64,000 bases of DNA, taken from NCBI RefSeq assembly GCF_036321535.1, contig NC_087436.1:45074001-45138000 (forward strand), written 5' to 3'. The stretch's first letter is position 1. Each line of letters starts with the position of its first letter. Positions 12,304 to 26,429 of the stretch are shown piece by piece. This DNA comes from Camelus dromedarius (Eukaryota). The position numbers were made by a program, and so were the translations under genes. The notes under the pieces were generated by a model. The model saw only the letters and a program-made list of their open reading frames with translations. It searched no databases and was not told the DNA's origin.

Positions 12304-14293
12304 AAGGGATCCAAGACCCCCAATAGGTAAAAAGCCTAGAGGACAGAGCGAAAATCGTTTAGCACGGAACCTCCTTGCGGGGCCTCTACCTGCCTTTCAG
12401 GCCCCTCTCCCACCCCACCCCTCAGCGCTGCAGGCCTCTCTCACTCTCTCCATCACTTCACTCTTGACCACTGAGTCAAGTTCACACCATTGAGAATCCC
12501 GTACGTGCATGTTCAACTTCCCTGCCACTATCCATTTGCTCATATGCTTCCCTCTGCCAGGAATGTTCTTCCCCAAAGAGTCTTTCCAGAAAATTCTACT
12601 CGTCCTTCAAAATTAGCTCAAGTATCACTTGCTGGGAATTTCTCAGATCCAAACCCAAATCCGAACACCACCAAGTCAGAATTATCACTCCCTCTCTCGT
12701 GTTCCCATAGCCTCTATTTTATTCACATAGTTTTAAAATGCATTGTTTGCACTGCTGTATCTCATTTGACTGTGAGATCCCAGAGGCTGGAAATATCTGG
12801 TGCCTTGTGCAGCATCTGACAGAGCCGGAGGATCAGTCCAGTGCACTTTCATGCACTCCTTCATTCAGGTAGGCAAGGGGAAGTCTCCTTTGCCTAAACT
12901 CTTCCTCTTTGTTTTCCTAGACTTTTTCTATGTTAAGGGGTTTTTTCTCTGCACTTTACATAGCAAACACATTTTAAGACAGTGAAAGTTCTCTGAATGG
13001 ACAGGAGTCTGTTGAAGGGTTGTAAAAGTCAGACAGGGAGTTGTGCGTGCAAGGCAGACCCCAAACGCTTTACTGACTTAACAGTCATAACTGAGTATTT
13101 CACTTAACATATTTAAATACTTCAAATTCTCACTGGTAAACCTGCAAATAACTACTTAAAAGAGTGTGTGTGGTGGGAGGAACTATAAAAATGTCAAGTT
13201 AGGAAAACACTGATCTGTTCCTCTGTGTCTAATTGCTGCCCTGTGCGACTTGATGAGAATTCTCATAGTGAATTACACAGGATGTGAATCGGCCCCAGAT
13301 GTGTTCCCAAGTCTCTTTAGCCTGGTTTCCAGTAAACTCTTGTAATGATTTCTCTTCCCTGCCCTTCATAGTAGCCACAGATAAATAAATTACATTGTAT
13401 ACTTTAATTCCCACCAAAAAACATATTGTACAGTATAAATCAAGTCTCTAGTATTTTGTGGTTTTAAAGAGGAGGAATTGGGGGGAAATTTTTATCATAA
13501 TTTCAAATTTCTACTAAAAGCTAGCAAGTCTGCTAGCTGATATAATTTTTGTATCAGAATTTAGATGTGAATCAGCCAAGAGCATTTTTTTAAAGAGTTA
13601 CAAAGGACTAAGTGACTTTGATGAAATGTGATAATTTCTACATCACTTTCTTTGTCATAATCACAGCTGGAAGCATAAAATTTTCTTAGGATTTTAAATA
13701 GTTGGGCTACTGTTACTTTTCATTGTAAATCTGTTATGAAGAGTTTGTCACTTTCTTGACTCCATACATTGAACAATATGAGTTTTTGAAGACAAACTAA
13801 AAATACAACAGGAGTTCAAAAAATATGTAATACAGTCATCCATTTATTTGTCACCATTTGCTTTCTATTTTTACAGACAGAATATATACATTTGTTACTC
13901 AGAAATTCCACCAAAATACCAACAAAGCAGACTATACATTTTGCCTTTTCCTTGCCTGAGTCCCTTAACTGAATTATAAGAATTAAGCAATTCTCATTTG
14001 ACAGGGTCATTTTTTTTAAGCTTAAATTTTTTTTGTCTAGGCATGAATATCTAAGAATTCATTTTTCATTTTCTTTTTATATTTCTTTGCCTCCTTAAGT
14101 AATATTATTTTTATCTATTTACTCCACTTGTTAAGGATAAATGAGGCACAAAGAATCAGATTTCAAGTTTCATGGAAACTTTTCTAAGTGTGGGTGTCTG
14201 TATATGTGCTCCCTGTCATATGAGAAATCTTAGCGAATTCTTAAGCACTGTCAATTTGAGTCAGTAATATCATTTTTTTAATATAAATGCCAC

Positions 14294-14389
14294 CATCTGA
14301 TTACAGGTAACTAGTAGCATAAGTTTGATACTGGTTTCTCCAAACCAAAATGTCATACGATGTTGGTTTTTTTGACAACATGAATGAAT
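14294..14389 (-). pseudogene. Exon, phase 0 to 0, open
   Basis: ttttcactgcag|...|gtggca, 96 nt. Reads IHSCCQKNQHRMTFWFGETSIKLMLLVTCNQM. Confidence 0.6.
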
Positions 14390-14749
14390 CTGCAGTGAAA
14401 ATGAGTCTTCTCTTTTTGACAGTTTTCCTTAATTGTAAAAGTTCCTTGGATACTTTTAAGACCTGTGGTTAAAGTATCATCAATCAGGCTTTAAAATAAT
14501 CACCAATTTTTACTACATTCTTTTTTCTCCATGTCTCCTCCTTACCACCTAAAGTCACAAGAGGAATAAATTCTGTTATTTAATTTAACAAATTAAATTA
14601 CCTCACTGGGAACTCTCTGTGACACTGTCCTTAGGCCCCCTGTCTACCAAGACACCACTTTTAGGTAAAAAGTTTTCAAAAGAGGTTCTTCTCTGGTATT
14701 TACACTAAATAGATTTTCTTGGGCAAGGTCCCAAAGGGACTCAGCTTAC

Positions 14750-14847
14750 CTTGAATTCCTAGCAAGAGTAATTTAGTTAATTTTGTAGCCAAGATTCCAT
14801 GTACCAGCAAAACACAATCGGTGAGTGGGTGGTCAGTGTGATATGTT
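14750..14847 (-). pseudogene. Exon, phase 1 to 0, two stops
   Basis: acttgaaag|...|gtaagc, 98 nt. Reads (E)HITLTTHSPIVFCWYMESWLQN*LNYSC*EFK; compare GREB1L YLELEGLPCILIFSGMD. Confidence 0.65.
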
Positions 14848-15536
14848 CTTTCAAGTTAAAAATAAATTTTCATCAGGGAGAGTGTTTTGATTATGTTGCT
14901 TATCTATGACAGCTCTGTAGATAAAAGATTCCTCCTCTGGGGCACCACTGAATACTAAATAAACCCACTCAGGAACAATTTAGTAGCTATAACTGTAATT
15001 AGCGGTCCACATTTAACTTCAAGAATTACACAGACCTACTGCCAAAATTGTAGGTGGAACATCATGCTAGCATTTTCCTAGCTTTGGGAAAGCTAAAACA
15101 AATCTTACTTTTAATGACTGAGATATGTTCAAACAGCCAAAATTTGTCAATTTCATAGTGCAGAATAATTCTAAGTGAAAATCCTTGATGCGCTATAAAA
15201 TAATTTAAAATATTTTATATTCAATTTTATGGTCCTAGTTGGTTCTTGCAAGTTAACTTGATAACCAGTGAAATATTGCCTCATCTGAAATTTATTACTC
15301 CCAGAATCTAGAATCTTCAAAATACGAAAGGAAAAATAAAGTTGAATAATTAAGAATAAAGCAACCCTTTTTCAATTGCTTTTTCTTAATTAAAAAACTT
15401 AAGACTATAAGAGACCATGCTATTTTGAATGTTGAGAGAGTTCCAGAGTTTTACAAAATTATGGGGAGGAGGTGTTTATTTAGACCCAGATGTTAACATT
15501 TTTTATAAACAATTTCTTGGCAAAGGGGGAATATAC

Positions 15537-15780
15537 CATCCAAATGAATATCTAGGGGCTTTTTTAGCAGGACTGAGACATTTTCTGTGGACAAGGAGTT
15601 AGTTATAAATTTATAATTCTTGGGGAGGCGAGGTCGGAGGGGGACAGCTAATAATGAAGCACACTTATCAGTGTACATGACATCTACTGCTTGGCTAATG
15701 TCCATCAAAGTCAGCAAACGTCCTGTGCTGGCATTTTTTATATTGATGATTATGAAACCCATAAAATTCTTCTACTGAAC
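15537..15780 (-). pseudogene. Exon, phase 0 to 1, one TAG
   Basis: gcttttcaag|...|gtatat, 244 nt. Reads VQ*KNFMGFIIINIKNASTGRLLTLMDISQAVDVMYTDKCASLLAVPLRPRLPKNYKFITNSLSTENVSVLLKKPLDIHLD. Confidence 0.65.
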
Positions 15781-16919
15781 CTTGAAAAGCAATACATTTT
15801 CCTTTGTTTAATCTTTTATTTCTAAGTCTTCATAGCTAGTTTTCTCCATGGGAGTAAATACAACAGTGACATATAGGAATAGTATTTTAATATATTAACT
15901 AATGTGCCTTCTACCAGTAATGCTTTCTTAATCTTTGTCCCTTCCCTATTCAAAGACTCTGAGATATCCTTTGCCTTAGGGTAGGGCTGATACTTTGGAG
16001 AAGAGAACAAAAGAGTCAAATCCTTGGCTTTGGAGTTTTAAAGACTGAAGATCCAGGCTGAGGACAAAAAGATCTGGAATGATAGGTATTTTCAGTCAGA
16101 ACCAGTTTTTCTTACCCACCTACCCTCAGACTAGATGAAGTTTGCCACAGGAGGGAGACAGGAGGAATGTGCAAGAGGAAACAATGGTGTTTGAGCTGCT
16201 TGGGTGTCTGAACAAGAGGAAAGTTGATAACGCTGGAGCCTCCAGATAGGGTTAGTGGATCTGAGAAAGGAGGGTTTCTGTGGGTGGGAGTCAAGGAGCC
16301 AGAGAGCCTCACAGAGTATTCCCAGCCCCCCGCTTGGCACAGAGGACACCAGAATAAAGATGGTTGCAGGGGAGTTCTGGGCCAGAGGGGTCAGATAGCT
16401 GTAGAAATTTCCCCATGGTCCCACCCCAAGAGGCTCTGAAGAACAGAAATCTGTCCTGCTCAAGAAGAGGGGTTCAGTAGTAACTGAAAGAGTGAGAACT
16501 GAGAGCATCTGGGATAATGAGGACCATTCAGGTTTGAAAAGAAATCTAAGTAGATCAACAACCAGAAACCTAAAATATGGGTGTCTTGGTGGATGCCAGA
16601 AGGAAGAGATGGCAACCACCATGTCTTGGCACCCTGTAAGCCCTCCCCCGGCCCCACCCCCATAAGTAGGTTCAACCCTGGGGATGCAGGTGGAGATCCT
16701 CAATGTGCTGAACTCTCTAGGGAAACAATCTGGCAATGGAAATGGTTTCAGATAAGACATTGGGACCCAGAGCATTAACCCTATATTAAAGACTGGGCAA
16801 GAACAGTCAAACCACGGTTTGGATTTGTTATTTCTGATTCCAAAATCTGAGCCAATACACTTTACTAAAATAATAATGAGTCACTTACATATTATTCAAT
16901 AAATAATGTGGTGACAACT

Positions 16920-17850
16920 GCCTCATCATTTTGAAAAGAAAATGAGTCCTTATGTCAAAATAAATTCCAGATGGATCAAAGATTTTGAATTATAAAATGA
17001 AACCATAAAAGTATCAAGAGAAAACATGGGGAAATACTTCTTTAATTTTGTAATGTGAAAGGCTTTCCTAAACATGACACAAAACTGAGAAACTGTTAAG
17101 GAAAATGCCAAAAAATATAAACAAAGCTAAAAAATCAATGGCAAAAAGAAAGAAAAAACTTTGCATCATATTTTGATAGTCAAAGAGCTAATTTTCCAAT
17201 TTACATGTTTATTCAATTAGCAAGAAAAAGACCAAGGGGTGGGGAAATGAAAATGAAAATAATGAAAAAATAATCAGTTAATGTAAACAGGCAATTCACA
17301 GATATAGAAACAAAATGGCCAATAATCTGCAAAAAGATTCTCAACCTGACTCGTAAAGAAAAGTGAATCACAGATAACTTTTCATCTATCAGACTGACAA
17401 AATGTTTGAAGTTTAATAATATCCAGTGTTAATGCAACTATGGAGAGACAGGTTATGAGGAATTCTGGCACTTTTGAGAGAGTTTTAATTGGTGTAAATT
17501 TTTTTTAGTGCAATCTAGTAATAATGACCAAAATCAACAATGATTAAGCATCCTTTGACTGAACAATTCCACTATTAGGAACTGACTCTACTGAAAAAAA
17601 TGATGTTCCCACTGGTTAAGAGGTTCCTTTCAGGATTATGTATAGTAAGAATAAGCAGGAAAATAATCCAAAGGCTTATTAATGAGAGTGTGTAAAATGT
17701 ATTGTGACACTCTCGTAAGATAGGACATTGTACAGCTATTAAAAAAAGATGTTTATGTCTACGGATGCAAACAGAAGGTCTGTAAGCCATTTGATTAGAT
17801 GAAAAAGTAAGGTATATATCAGCATTTATAATACAATGCCATTTGCAAAG
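16920..17850 (+). mobile_element. Old L1M (L1MD/ME-type) ORF2-3' UTR fragment
   Basis: aaataaattccagatggatcaaagat...aaaccataaaagta...aggcaattcacag; degenerate L1 ORF2 C-terminus. Confidence 0.75.
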
Positions 17851-20399
17851 ACTTTAAATATATATATGTATACATACATACATACACACACACACACATG
17901 CACATATGTAATATCTGTGCTGATAGATGAAATTATATTTTCTACAAAAACTATATATGAACCCTAAATGGTTACCTTTGCAGAGATTGCTGGGAACAGA
18001 AGTGGTGGCCTAAAAAAGAGGGGGTGAGTTTTAGTTCTCATAACTTTCTGCACATCTTGTGCATACATTATTTTTATTTTCATTCTAAAGAAATAATCTT
18101 TTCTTTTAACAAAAAATCAAAGACATTGGAGTTGTTTTGTTTTTCTCGGTTTAAAATTAAAAACTCGCACTTCAGTAAGTAGGATGCTCCCCTAGAGACC
18201 CAGGCAGCTGCAGCTGCCAGCAAGGAGAGAATTTTGTCAGGCTTAGCGTATTTCTAAATTACTGGTTTTGTTATTACAAATCCCTGATTTTATTTTCATA
18301 TCCCAGATGACTTCCTCAAACCCTAACTCTAACTAACTCAAAACCTAAATAAAAGTCAGTGGTCTGGAGGTGTTCTCCACTTATGGTTAGTCCGTAATTC
18401 AGTCAGTCAGTGAAAAAGCATCAGCATGTATTTCTAAGCCCCAATTCCTAGGGTGTTGGCAAAAGGGATATGGAGAACCAAGACAATGAAAGACATGCCA
18501 CTGTCTTTTGGTGGCAAAGCCATTTTACCTGTACTCTTCCTTCACAGTCACACGCTAAGTCCCACCAGCCCTCCAGTCGCAACCCTGATGCCACTTTCCC
18601 AGAGAGGCATTCCCTCACCACCCCACTAATGGTGCCTCCCCGTCACGTCCTTCTTCTTATTCTCTTCCTTGGTTGCCTACTGATTTCCTTCTTGGCTCTT
18701 ATGATGAGTTGCAGTTATTTTTATTTATCTGTGAAATTGTTTTTGATTTGCCTTCCTCATTGGAACACATGCTCCGTGAGAACAGGATCCGAGCTGACTT
18801 GACTAAAGCCCACCTAGTATAATTCCAGCACCTAAGTAATACTCAATACATGCTTGTCATATAAATAAAAAAATATGACAGGTGTGCATGTGTGTAAGCG
18901 AGAGAGAGAAAGGCTATAATAGTAACCATAGCTAGGCTTATTGAGTGCATAAACTGTGTGCAACATTCTAAGTATCTATATATCATATTCATACCATACT
19001 CAAAACAACTGTATGAGATAAATCCTATTATTATTAACACTATATGAAAATATTAAGTAACATGACTAAAGACACACCCAGCTAATGAGGAACATATATA
19101 TACATATTAATATATATCAGTTTCATATGTATTATGTATATTACATATATATTTCACATTTGTATGTAAAGTACATAGTAGAGATTAGCTTCTTTAATTT
19201 TAGCTCAGAAAGAAATGAGAACTCTACCCCAGCCAACCATAAAAAGAGTCACCAAATTAAAACACTCCATTCTATTTATCCTTTAAGAAGGAAGCTAGAA
19301 ACACATTTCTAGTGAATAATGAATAATGAATAATTTCTTCTGCTTCTAACCTTTAGAAAAACACATCAGTTCTTTCCAGAAACTCTGCAAGTAGCTTCTC
19401 AGGGCCCACTCCGTGCACACTTTTGTGTGACTATGGAGGACTCCAGTGACGCCCAAAGCAGCCAGTGATCCATTCTATTGTATGCAGACTATAACTGTCA
19501 CTTCACTATTTATATCTGGCATATGGTTTTGTACTGTCATCATTATCATCAGCAGAAGCAGCAAAAATAATTCTGAAGCATAGTGTGCAGTGTTTTGAAA
19601 GACAGCATGAAAACTGATTCCCTTTACTTTATGGATTTTACAATAAAAGAAAGATAGTATGGAGAATATAAACATGTAGGACATTTTCTACGAAAGCTCA
19701 GTGAGAATGCATTAAAGCAAAAGGATTCACACAAAAGAAAGATTAATTTATCTTGACAAAAATATCCTACCATTCATTACTGAATTCTTGTTCCTAAAGT
19801 AAGTCTTTCTTTTGTTTTCAATACACATGGGTCAAAGATCTGTAAAACGATATGCAGCCTAAAACAGGCACACTAATTATAACAGTGCATGGTGTCTCTT
19901 TCTCTTACCCAGTGGCTTCATTCATACCAGCCAGGAAAATCATGCTAGCAACTCCCGCTTTTAAAAATAATAGTTACCAGTGGGACTCCAAAATCAGTCC
20001 TCCGTTAAAGTGTGTTTGTAGATTTGAAACAATCAAAGAAACAAACCTGAAACAAGGGCACGTGAGCAACCATTAAATTTTTTAATGTTAGTAAGTAGAA
20101 CATCATTACCAATCAATTAAAATCACTTTAGTCAAACGGCTTTCAACTGGGAACAATGTTCCCCGCAAGGAACAGACAACTGATAATATCCGGAGACATT
20201 TTTGATTATCAGGACTTGGGTGTGGGGGAGCAGGGAATACTACTGGTCAAATAGAGAACTGAATATTCATGTTTAGAACTCAGAGTAGAAGTCAGATATA
20301 AACTTGGCATTCATTGGTTTATAATTAAATTTATGGACTGAGAGAGATTATCTCAGCAGTGACTACCTATAAAAAAGAGAACAAGTTACATAAACTGCT

Positions 20400-20860
20400 A
20401 TAGATTGTGTTTTCCAAAGATGGTCATAACAATGTTTCCCATCCCTCTTGTTCATGTACAATGTTAACTCTTTAAGAAGTTGAGTCTATGTCCCCTTCCC
20501 TTGAATCTGGATGGGCTTTTGAGTCACAACTAAACAAATGAGGTAGACGTGATACCACATGGCTTCCAAGACTAGGTCAGAAAAGGAGACCCAGCTACCT
20601 CCTTGTTATTTGGAAAACTTGGTCTTGGAGCCATGGGCAATGATGCAAGAAATACTCTGTAGCTGTCACACTGGGAGGAAGCCAAGTCACACAGAGATGC
20701 CGGGTGTAGGCTCTCCAAATGCCAATCCCAGTTTTCACTGGTGGGAATTTGAGCACTGCAGTTAAGGGGAGAAGGTGAAGCTGGGTCCAGCGGGATGGCC
20801 CTGAGCACCCACGTCCATCTCTCAGCATCCTACTCAGTGACCAGCCTCAGCATCTGGGAG
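20400..20860 (+). mobile_element. MLT1 (ERVL-MaLR) LTR remnant
   Basis: ttttccaaagatggtcataaca...gagtctatgtccccttcccttgaatctggatgggc...gactaggtcagaaaagg. Confidence 0.7.
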
Positions 20861-21204
20861 GAAACCAAGGGAAATATTTTTTTGTCTAATTATTTAGTTA
20901 GGAATTAGGAAAAAAAATTCTTAAAAATAACCAGTCATCATCCATAATCCTAGTATTGCTTCCCTTTGCTTAGTGATGGTGGGAAATCAGTGATTAGACC
21001 AAGATTGTGTCTGGCACTGACCTGTGTTCCTGTCTGCTCACAATGTTCTTCATTTAAAAAAATTGTTTTTACTATGACACATCTATGTGGAAGTTAGATT
21101 CATTATCAATGTTATTTTTTTTTAATCATCTACCTGTCTCCTTCATTGCCTGTCTTTAAATTATAAAGTCTCAGGTGCAAAAGCGTGTTCATCTGTTTAC
21201 TTAC

Positions 21205-21426
21205 ATACATTTCTGTACTACCAAGAGCTATTACAGACTATCAGAACACGCATTTGGATGCTCAGGAAATCTTTAAATCGCTACGACTGCCTCAGATTAT
21301 TTGATGTTTATAATTATTGTAAGCACATTCATCTACAATGCTACCAGAATGGGATGAGAAATAAATTTCATGGACCAAGAAGGTGCTTATTCATCTCATT
21401 TCTGTTCTGCCGTATATGACACTAAA
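21205..21426 (-). pseudogene. Exon, phase 0 to 0, five stops
   Basis: actttcatag|...|gtaagt, 222 nt. Reads FSVIYGRTEMR*ISTFLVHEIYFSSHSGSIVDECAYNNYKHQII*GSRSDLKIS*ASKCVF**SVIALGSTEMY; the start resembles GREB1L FEIILG..KHFVKQL. Confidence 0.55.
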
Positions 21427-22424
21427 CTATGAAAGTCTTATCCAAAAAAGCCAAAGGAGTTTCATGAATAACTTCGTTTGCTGCTAACCCCTTGGGAGGC
21501 AACATTACAGAGTTTCTTATTATTATAAATGTTACCCTGTTCACTTAGTTCTTTTATTTGAAATAATCAGTTATGACTTGTTTCGCTAAAATAGAAGAAA
21601 AACAATTTTCATTGTTTTTACAGAGCTTTTAAATTTATTTATATAATTTATAAGATTACTGACTATCCAATAATATGACTGCAATGACATGTTTATAAAT
21701 GAGCATTTGGAAAAAACTAACAGTACTCAAAGGGAGAAATTATGTCAGAAGTAATTATGAATCCCAAGCTTTTGTTTCGCCTTCCCCTATAAAGCAAATG
21801 TAATTGTGGCCATTACAACATTTTCACTTCCAGATGCATGAACAGAGACACTGGCAGTTTCAAAAAAAAATTGTATTAGATGAAGAAAATGCAATAAATT
21901 TTCAAGGAAAAAGCCAAAATTCAAGCAAAATTTAGGACTCATAAATAAAGAAAAACAAATTCAGGTTGATATCAAGCATGTTTCTTCAGCATATGAAGAG
22001 TTCTGAGTTTTAGGAAAGTCTGATTTTGCATTTTCAAAGTAGGTAGTACACTTAATGGGCAAAATTGTTAAAGTCCCACCAGCTGCCCGATTCCCACACC
22101 TTCATTTTCCACCCCCCAAAATATTTCCTATCACTGTTCAGCTTGTTTCAGCAATATGCGATATAAAGTAAACAGTAGAAAAGGTCATAAAGTAAAAACG
22201 TAATTCTACCGCCCCTTATTTGCTTTCTTCCAATTCTAGAAGTAATTTTTCCAAGGGGATGTTAGGAAATAAATGAGATCTGAAAAATAACATTAATTCA
22301 TGCTTCTGAATTCCTTCAAAGGAAATGTGTTCTATGGATGTGGCTACACATTAACTTGATCAAATAATAATAACACAAGTTAAAACTTTTTCAGAGCACA
22401 ATTTAATAATACAAAAATATTTAA

Positions 22425-22605
22425 TTTATTTTTAATTGCAATACAGTTGACTTATAAAATTATATTAGTTTCAGGTGTACAACATAGTGATTCAATATTT
22501 TTCTAAATTATATACCATACAAAGTTATTATAAATGTGGACTGTATTCCCTGTGCTGTACATTACATACCTGTGATTTACTTATTTTATAACTGGTAGTT
22601 TGTAC
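22425..22605 (-). mobile_element. L1 3' end fragment (laurasiatherian L1MA-type)
   Basis: tagtttcaggtgtacaacatagtgattcaata...tattccctgtgctgtacattaca. Confidence 0.8.
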
Positions 22606-23499
22606 AAAAACATTTAATTTCACATACATCTTCTTACAGAAGCATAATTTGATTGTACGGTTCTATTTCTTAATAGGTAACATCAAAATTTTTCTTTGGT
22701 CCTCTGAGATAATTTCAAATACACAAAAGAAATTTGGAGAATTTGGTTGAAAGTAGTTTTTATCTTGAATTATCAAAATAATTGTTTTCATTTCTGCATG
22801 ATCTAATTCATATCAATGAAAATTTTTTAAATTTCTTGGCAACATATCACACAATATACTAACATTTATTTTATAAACCATGGTTTCAACTACAAAGTAG
22901 AAATCATAATTTTCAGAATTAAAAAATGTTTATCTTTGTGAAATATATTGTTTAATTCATTATTATTGTAAAATATCTTAGATTCATGTAGTTAAGTGTT
23001 TCAGAGTGTCAAAACAACTTACACATATTTTATTTAATTTGATAGTAGAAAACCTCTTCACATTTAGTAAAACATGTGTTATTGTCACTTTACAGGTGAA
23101 GAAATTGAGACACAGGTAGTGGATGTTGCCCAAGAACATGGAATAATGAGCTTTGGATGTAACTGACAACAGGACCCAAGTGTCCTGACAACCTGTCAGG
23201 ATCCTTGCATTGACTGTTGGAAGTTGTCACTCTTCTGGGGCAGAGGTTAATTCCTCACTTTAATCAGTTTAGTGACTTATCAGTCACGGTTTAATAATTT
23301 TAATATTTTTAAACTACCAAAAATTGAATCTAAATTCTCCTGAGAGCTTGAGAAGAAATTCATCACAAGAGAACCACACTGCTACAGAATGAACCCAAAG
23401 TGACCAGAAAGAGAAAATGTGCCTACCCATTTTATCTGTACAGGATCATCAAGTTCCATTTTACAGAAACTTGTGCAAAAAAAAAAAAATGTATTTAAC

Positions 23500-23830
23500 A
23501 CCTAGATTGATCACAGTGAAAACTTTTTCACATTTTTCTAAGGAGCTCTTGGAACGCAGAGGGATACTGGCAGATAGTATCTGTCGTGGCTTCAACAAGG
23601 CTTTTGATTCTGCCTTACGTGATAGAGTCATCAGCCACCTAGAAACACGGTCTGGGTCACACAAATGATCCAGAGCTGCACAGTTAATGAGCGGTTATCA
23701 TTGGCTCAGTGTCAACTGGGTGGGAAATGAATAGAAAATCCCAAATGTAAATTTGTTTACCATTTGCCATCAGTGACCTAGAGAAGTAGAGAGCTTATTT
23801 AAGTTTGCAGCTGGATAAGATAGAAGTTCT
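23500..23830 (+). mobile_element. L3/CR1 LINE reverse-transcriptase fossil
   Basis: Peptide ADSICRGFNKAFDSALRDRVISHLE resembles the CR1 RT motif [24 protein letters not shown]. Confidence 0.7.
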
Positions 23831-24474
23831 TTCTAGCAATAAAAAAAAAAAAATCTCAAAAAAGAAGAGAAGGAATACAACAGAATTAGAATTCCACATA
23901 TCTTTGATTAATTGGGAACAAAAGTAGTGGGAAAAATCAAGATCAATAGAACTAAGAGCAGTAGAGTATTTGGGGAAAATGTGAATATAAGGAGAGAGAA
24001 TGAAAAATTATGGCAATCGCTTGACCTTTTGATGTCTGCTTCCGTAATTCCAGTTCACAGTGGATGTGCGCAGGCGCACGCACACACAAGGTACACCAAA
24101 AAGAAATGGAATTCAGATGGCAAAAATTGTGGTGGGTGTCTAGTATTTTATATAGAAACCTTCCTCTAGTCAGGCTCAGAAACTTCTAGTAAAAGAATAC
24201 TTTCCTTAAGTAGTGTTGTTCTTTTCATCGTGTGGGGGGAGTGGGGGGTGCACTTAAGGCTGGCTATATGCTTTATGAAGTTGTACAGCCCCCGGAGGAA
24301 AACAAAAGTATGAGAAGTGAAGAAGGACATTGTTGTTGTTGTTTTTTTTCTTTTTAAAAAGACATACTTAAAACATTAAGTGATCAGGCCAATATTATGC
24401 AGGGAGTAAGGTGCACAACAATGTGTTAAAAATAAAATTAGAAACTTGTTTAATGAGATGTTAATGCTTCTCAC

Positions 24475-24564
24475 CTGGACAATTCTGCCTTCTCTATTCA
24501 GCCTGGCTCTAAGACAAATCTTTGAAAATAATGCAGAATGTTTGAAAATGATCAACCTCAAGCC
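24475..24564 (-). pseudogene. Exon, phase 0 to 0, open
   Basis: attctctttcag|...|gtgaga, 90 nt. Reads GLRLIIFKHSALFSKICLRARLNREGRIVQ; compare GREB1L GLMVLLRVP...HVRARLALEE. Confidence 0.75.
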
Positions 24565-25242
24565 CTGAAAGAGAATAAATGGTAGAGAAAATGGATCACA
24601 TCATGCTGAAAAATTTTCTCTCTGAACTTGCAAATGTTAAAAAATGAAGAGCAAGCATTTCATTGTCTATTGGCCTAACTTCTTTTTCCTAAAAATTTCC
24701 ACAAAGATTTTAGATGAAATATTCCTGTAAAATTATATGTAGTATAAATTGAGACTGTGGCAATATCCTGCAGTTCCGATGGAAAGGGCAAACAGTAACA
24801 TCTTTTATTCTTAAAAAATCAATTTTTCTTATGGGTGGGATTTTGCTATTTGAAGGGGAGGCGCAAAAGGGCAGTAATTATTTATCTCTATCACTCCCTG
24901 TCATGAACTAAGTGTGTAACTTTTCTTTAAAACAGCATTTTCTTTGCTCCTTCATCCAACACCAAGATAGACACTGTAAAACGTGCGGGAGTTCAAGTGA
25001 ACAATGCAGAATTGATTGAGTCATTGTACTGAATCACTAGAAAGGAAGAGTTTATATTTTTACACAGTTTCCATTGATTAGTCTACTTAAAAATTTACCC
25101 ACTTAGTTTGGAGGTACCACATGCAATCTGTGATGAAAGATTTGTCTCTGACCTCTCAAATATGCTCATTTAAACATAGATCTTATGTAGTGCTCTGTGC
25201 ATGTGTGTGTCTGTCTCTCTGCGCATGTGTATGGAGATTCAT

Positions 25243-25745
25243 ACAGATCTTCCTCCACTTACCATAGGGCCGTGTCCTGATAAATCTATCACAAGTTGAA
25301 AGTACAGTAAGTGGAAAATGCGGTTAATACACTAATCTACCGAACATCATAGCTGAGCCTAGCCTACCTTAAATGTGCTCGGAACACTTACTTTAGCCTA
25401 TAATTGGGCAAAAGCATCTAACACAGGCCTATTTTATAATAAAATGTTGAATATTCCATATAATGTATTCAATTCTGCACTGAAAATGAAAAACAGAATG
25501 ATTGTCTGGGTACAGAATGGTTGTAAGTGTATCAGTTGTTGGCCGTGGTGATCCCGTGGCCGACTGGGAGCGGCGGCTGCTGCTCAGCATCAAGAGGGAG
25601 AATCGTGTACATGTCACCAGCCCTGGAAAAGATCCAAATTCAAAATCTGAAGTACAGTTTCCATTGAATGTGTGTTGCTTTCCCATGGTAAAGTCGAAAA
25701 ATCTTAAGTCAAACTATTATAAGTCTGAGATTAGTTGGTGTATGT
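25243..25745 (+). mobile_element. Tigger4/MER46 (Zombi)-type non-autonomous TcMar DNA transposon
   Basis: Left end ta-cagatcttcctccactta; internal ctaccgaacatcatagctgagcctagcctaccttaaa; right end aaagtcgaaaaatcttaagtc...taagtc. Confidence 0.85.
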
Positions 25746-25887
25746 GAAAGGCAGGGATATTCCTCCACTTCAGCAAAGAATTTTGCTTTCTTTCAGATAA
25801 TTAGTCGATCTCTGGCTCCAAATCTTTGGTTGGGAGTCCAGAATTTAAACTTAAAGAGTCTTGGCTTTAAGTAGGAACTTAACTTAC

Positions 25888-26143
25888 GTTTTGGTATTTT
25901 TGTCGTAGTTCCACAGAAGAAATTAAGTGGTTTAAGACAACTGCAATTAATGAAAATTTATTAATTTTCACTGATGATTTCATGACAAATTTTAAGAAGG
26001 CAACAATGAAAATGTGCAAATATTGGGATTTTCCTGAAACTTCTTTAATGTTTTTTAGTGAAGGATTTACAAAAGATAAATGTTCTGAAGTATTTTTTAA
26101 AAGCGTAAAATGCCATATCACATCACAATAATTTTCTAAGTAT
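25888..26143 (-). pseudogene. Exon, phase 2 to 0, open (85 codons)
   Basis: ttttgataag|...|gtaagt, 256 nt. Reads YLENYCDVIWHF...SQYLHIFIVAFLKFV...ELRQKYQN; a long open frame in very AT-rich DNA. Confidence 0.75.
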
Positions 26144-26429
26144 CTTATCAAAATAAACACAAATTGTCACACCTGCTAAAAATATGATCTATTTCTTTTC
26201 TTTCTAAAAGCAATCATCCCTGAAATCAGCTTTGAATATTAAATATATTGCATCTCTTACTGGATTTAGTTGACACCTCTGCCACCATTGATTTTCCCAG
26301 GTGCTTGTTAAATCAATTTCTAGCTCTACAAATAGCAACAATTTGTGGTAAAGTTATGTCAGATTACAGCAAATAAAATTATACTTTTAAAACAATTTAT
26401 CTCACTCTAGTTTCAAAGTGAGCTCCTTT

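Noticed and set aside
16131-16775. 214-aa minus-strand ORF
   Set aside because: No recognisable domain, composition typical of antisense purine-rich DNA, and no splice or phase link to the exon chain.
23417-23668. 83-aa ORF
   Set aside because: A degenerate CR1/L3 reverse-transcriptase fragment, not a host gene.
25429-25747. 85- and 81-aa ORFs
   Set aside because: They lie within the non-autonomous Tigger4-type element.
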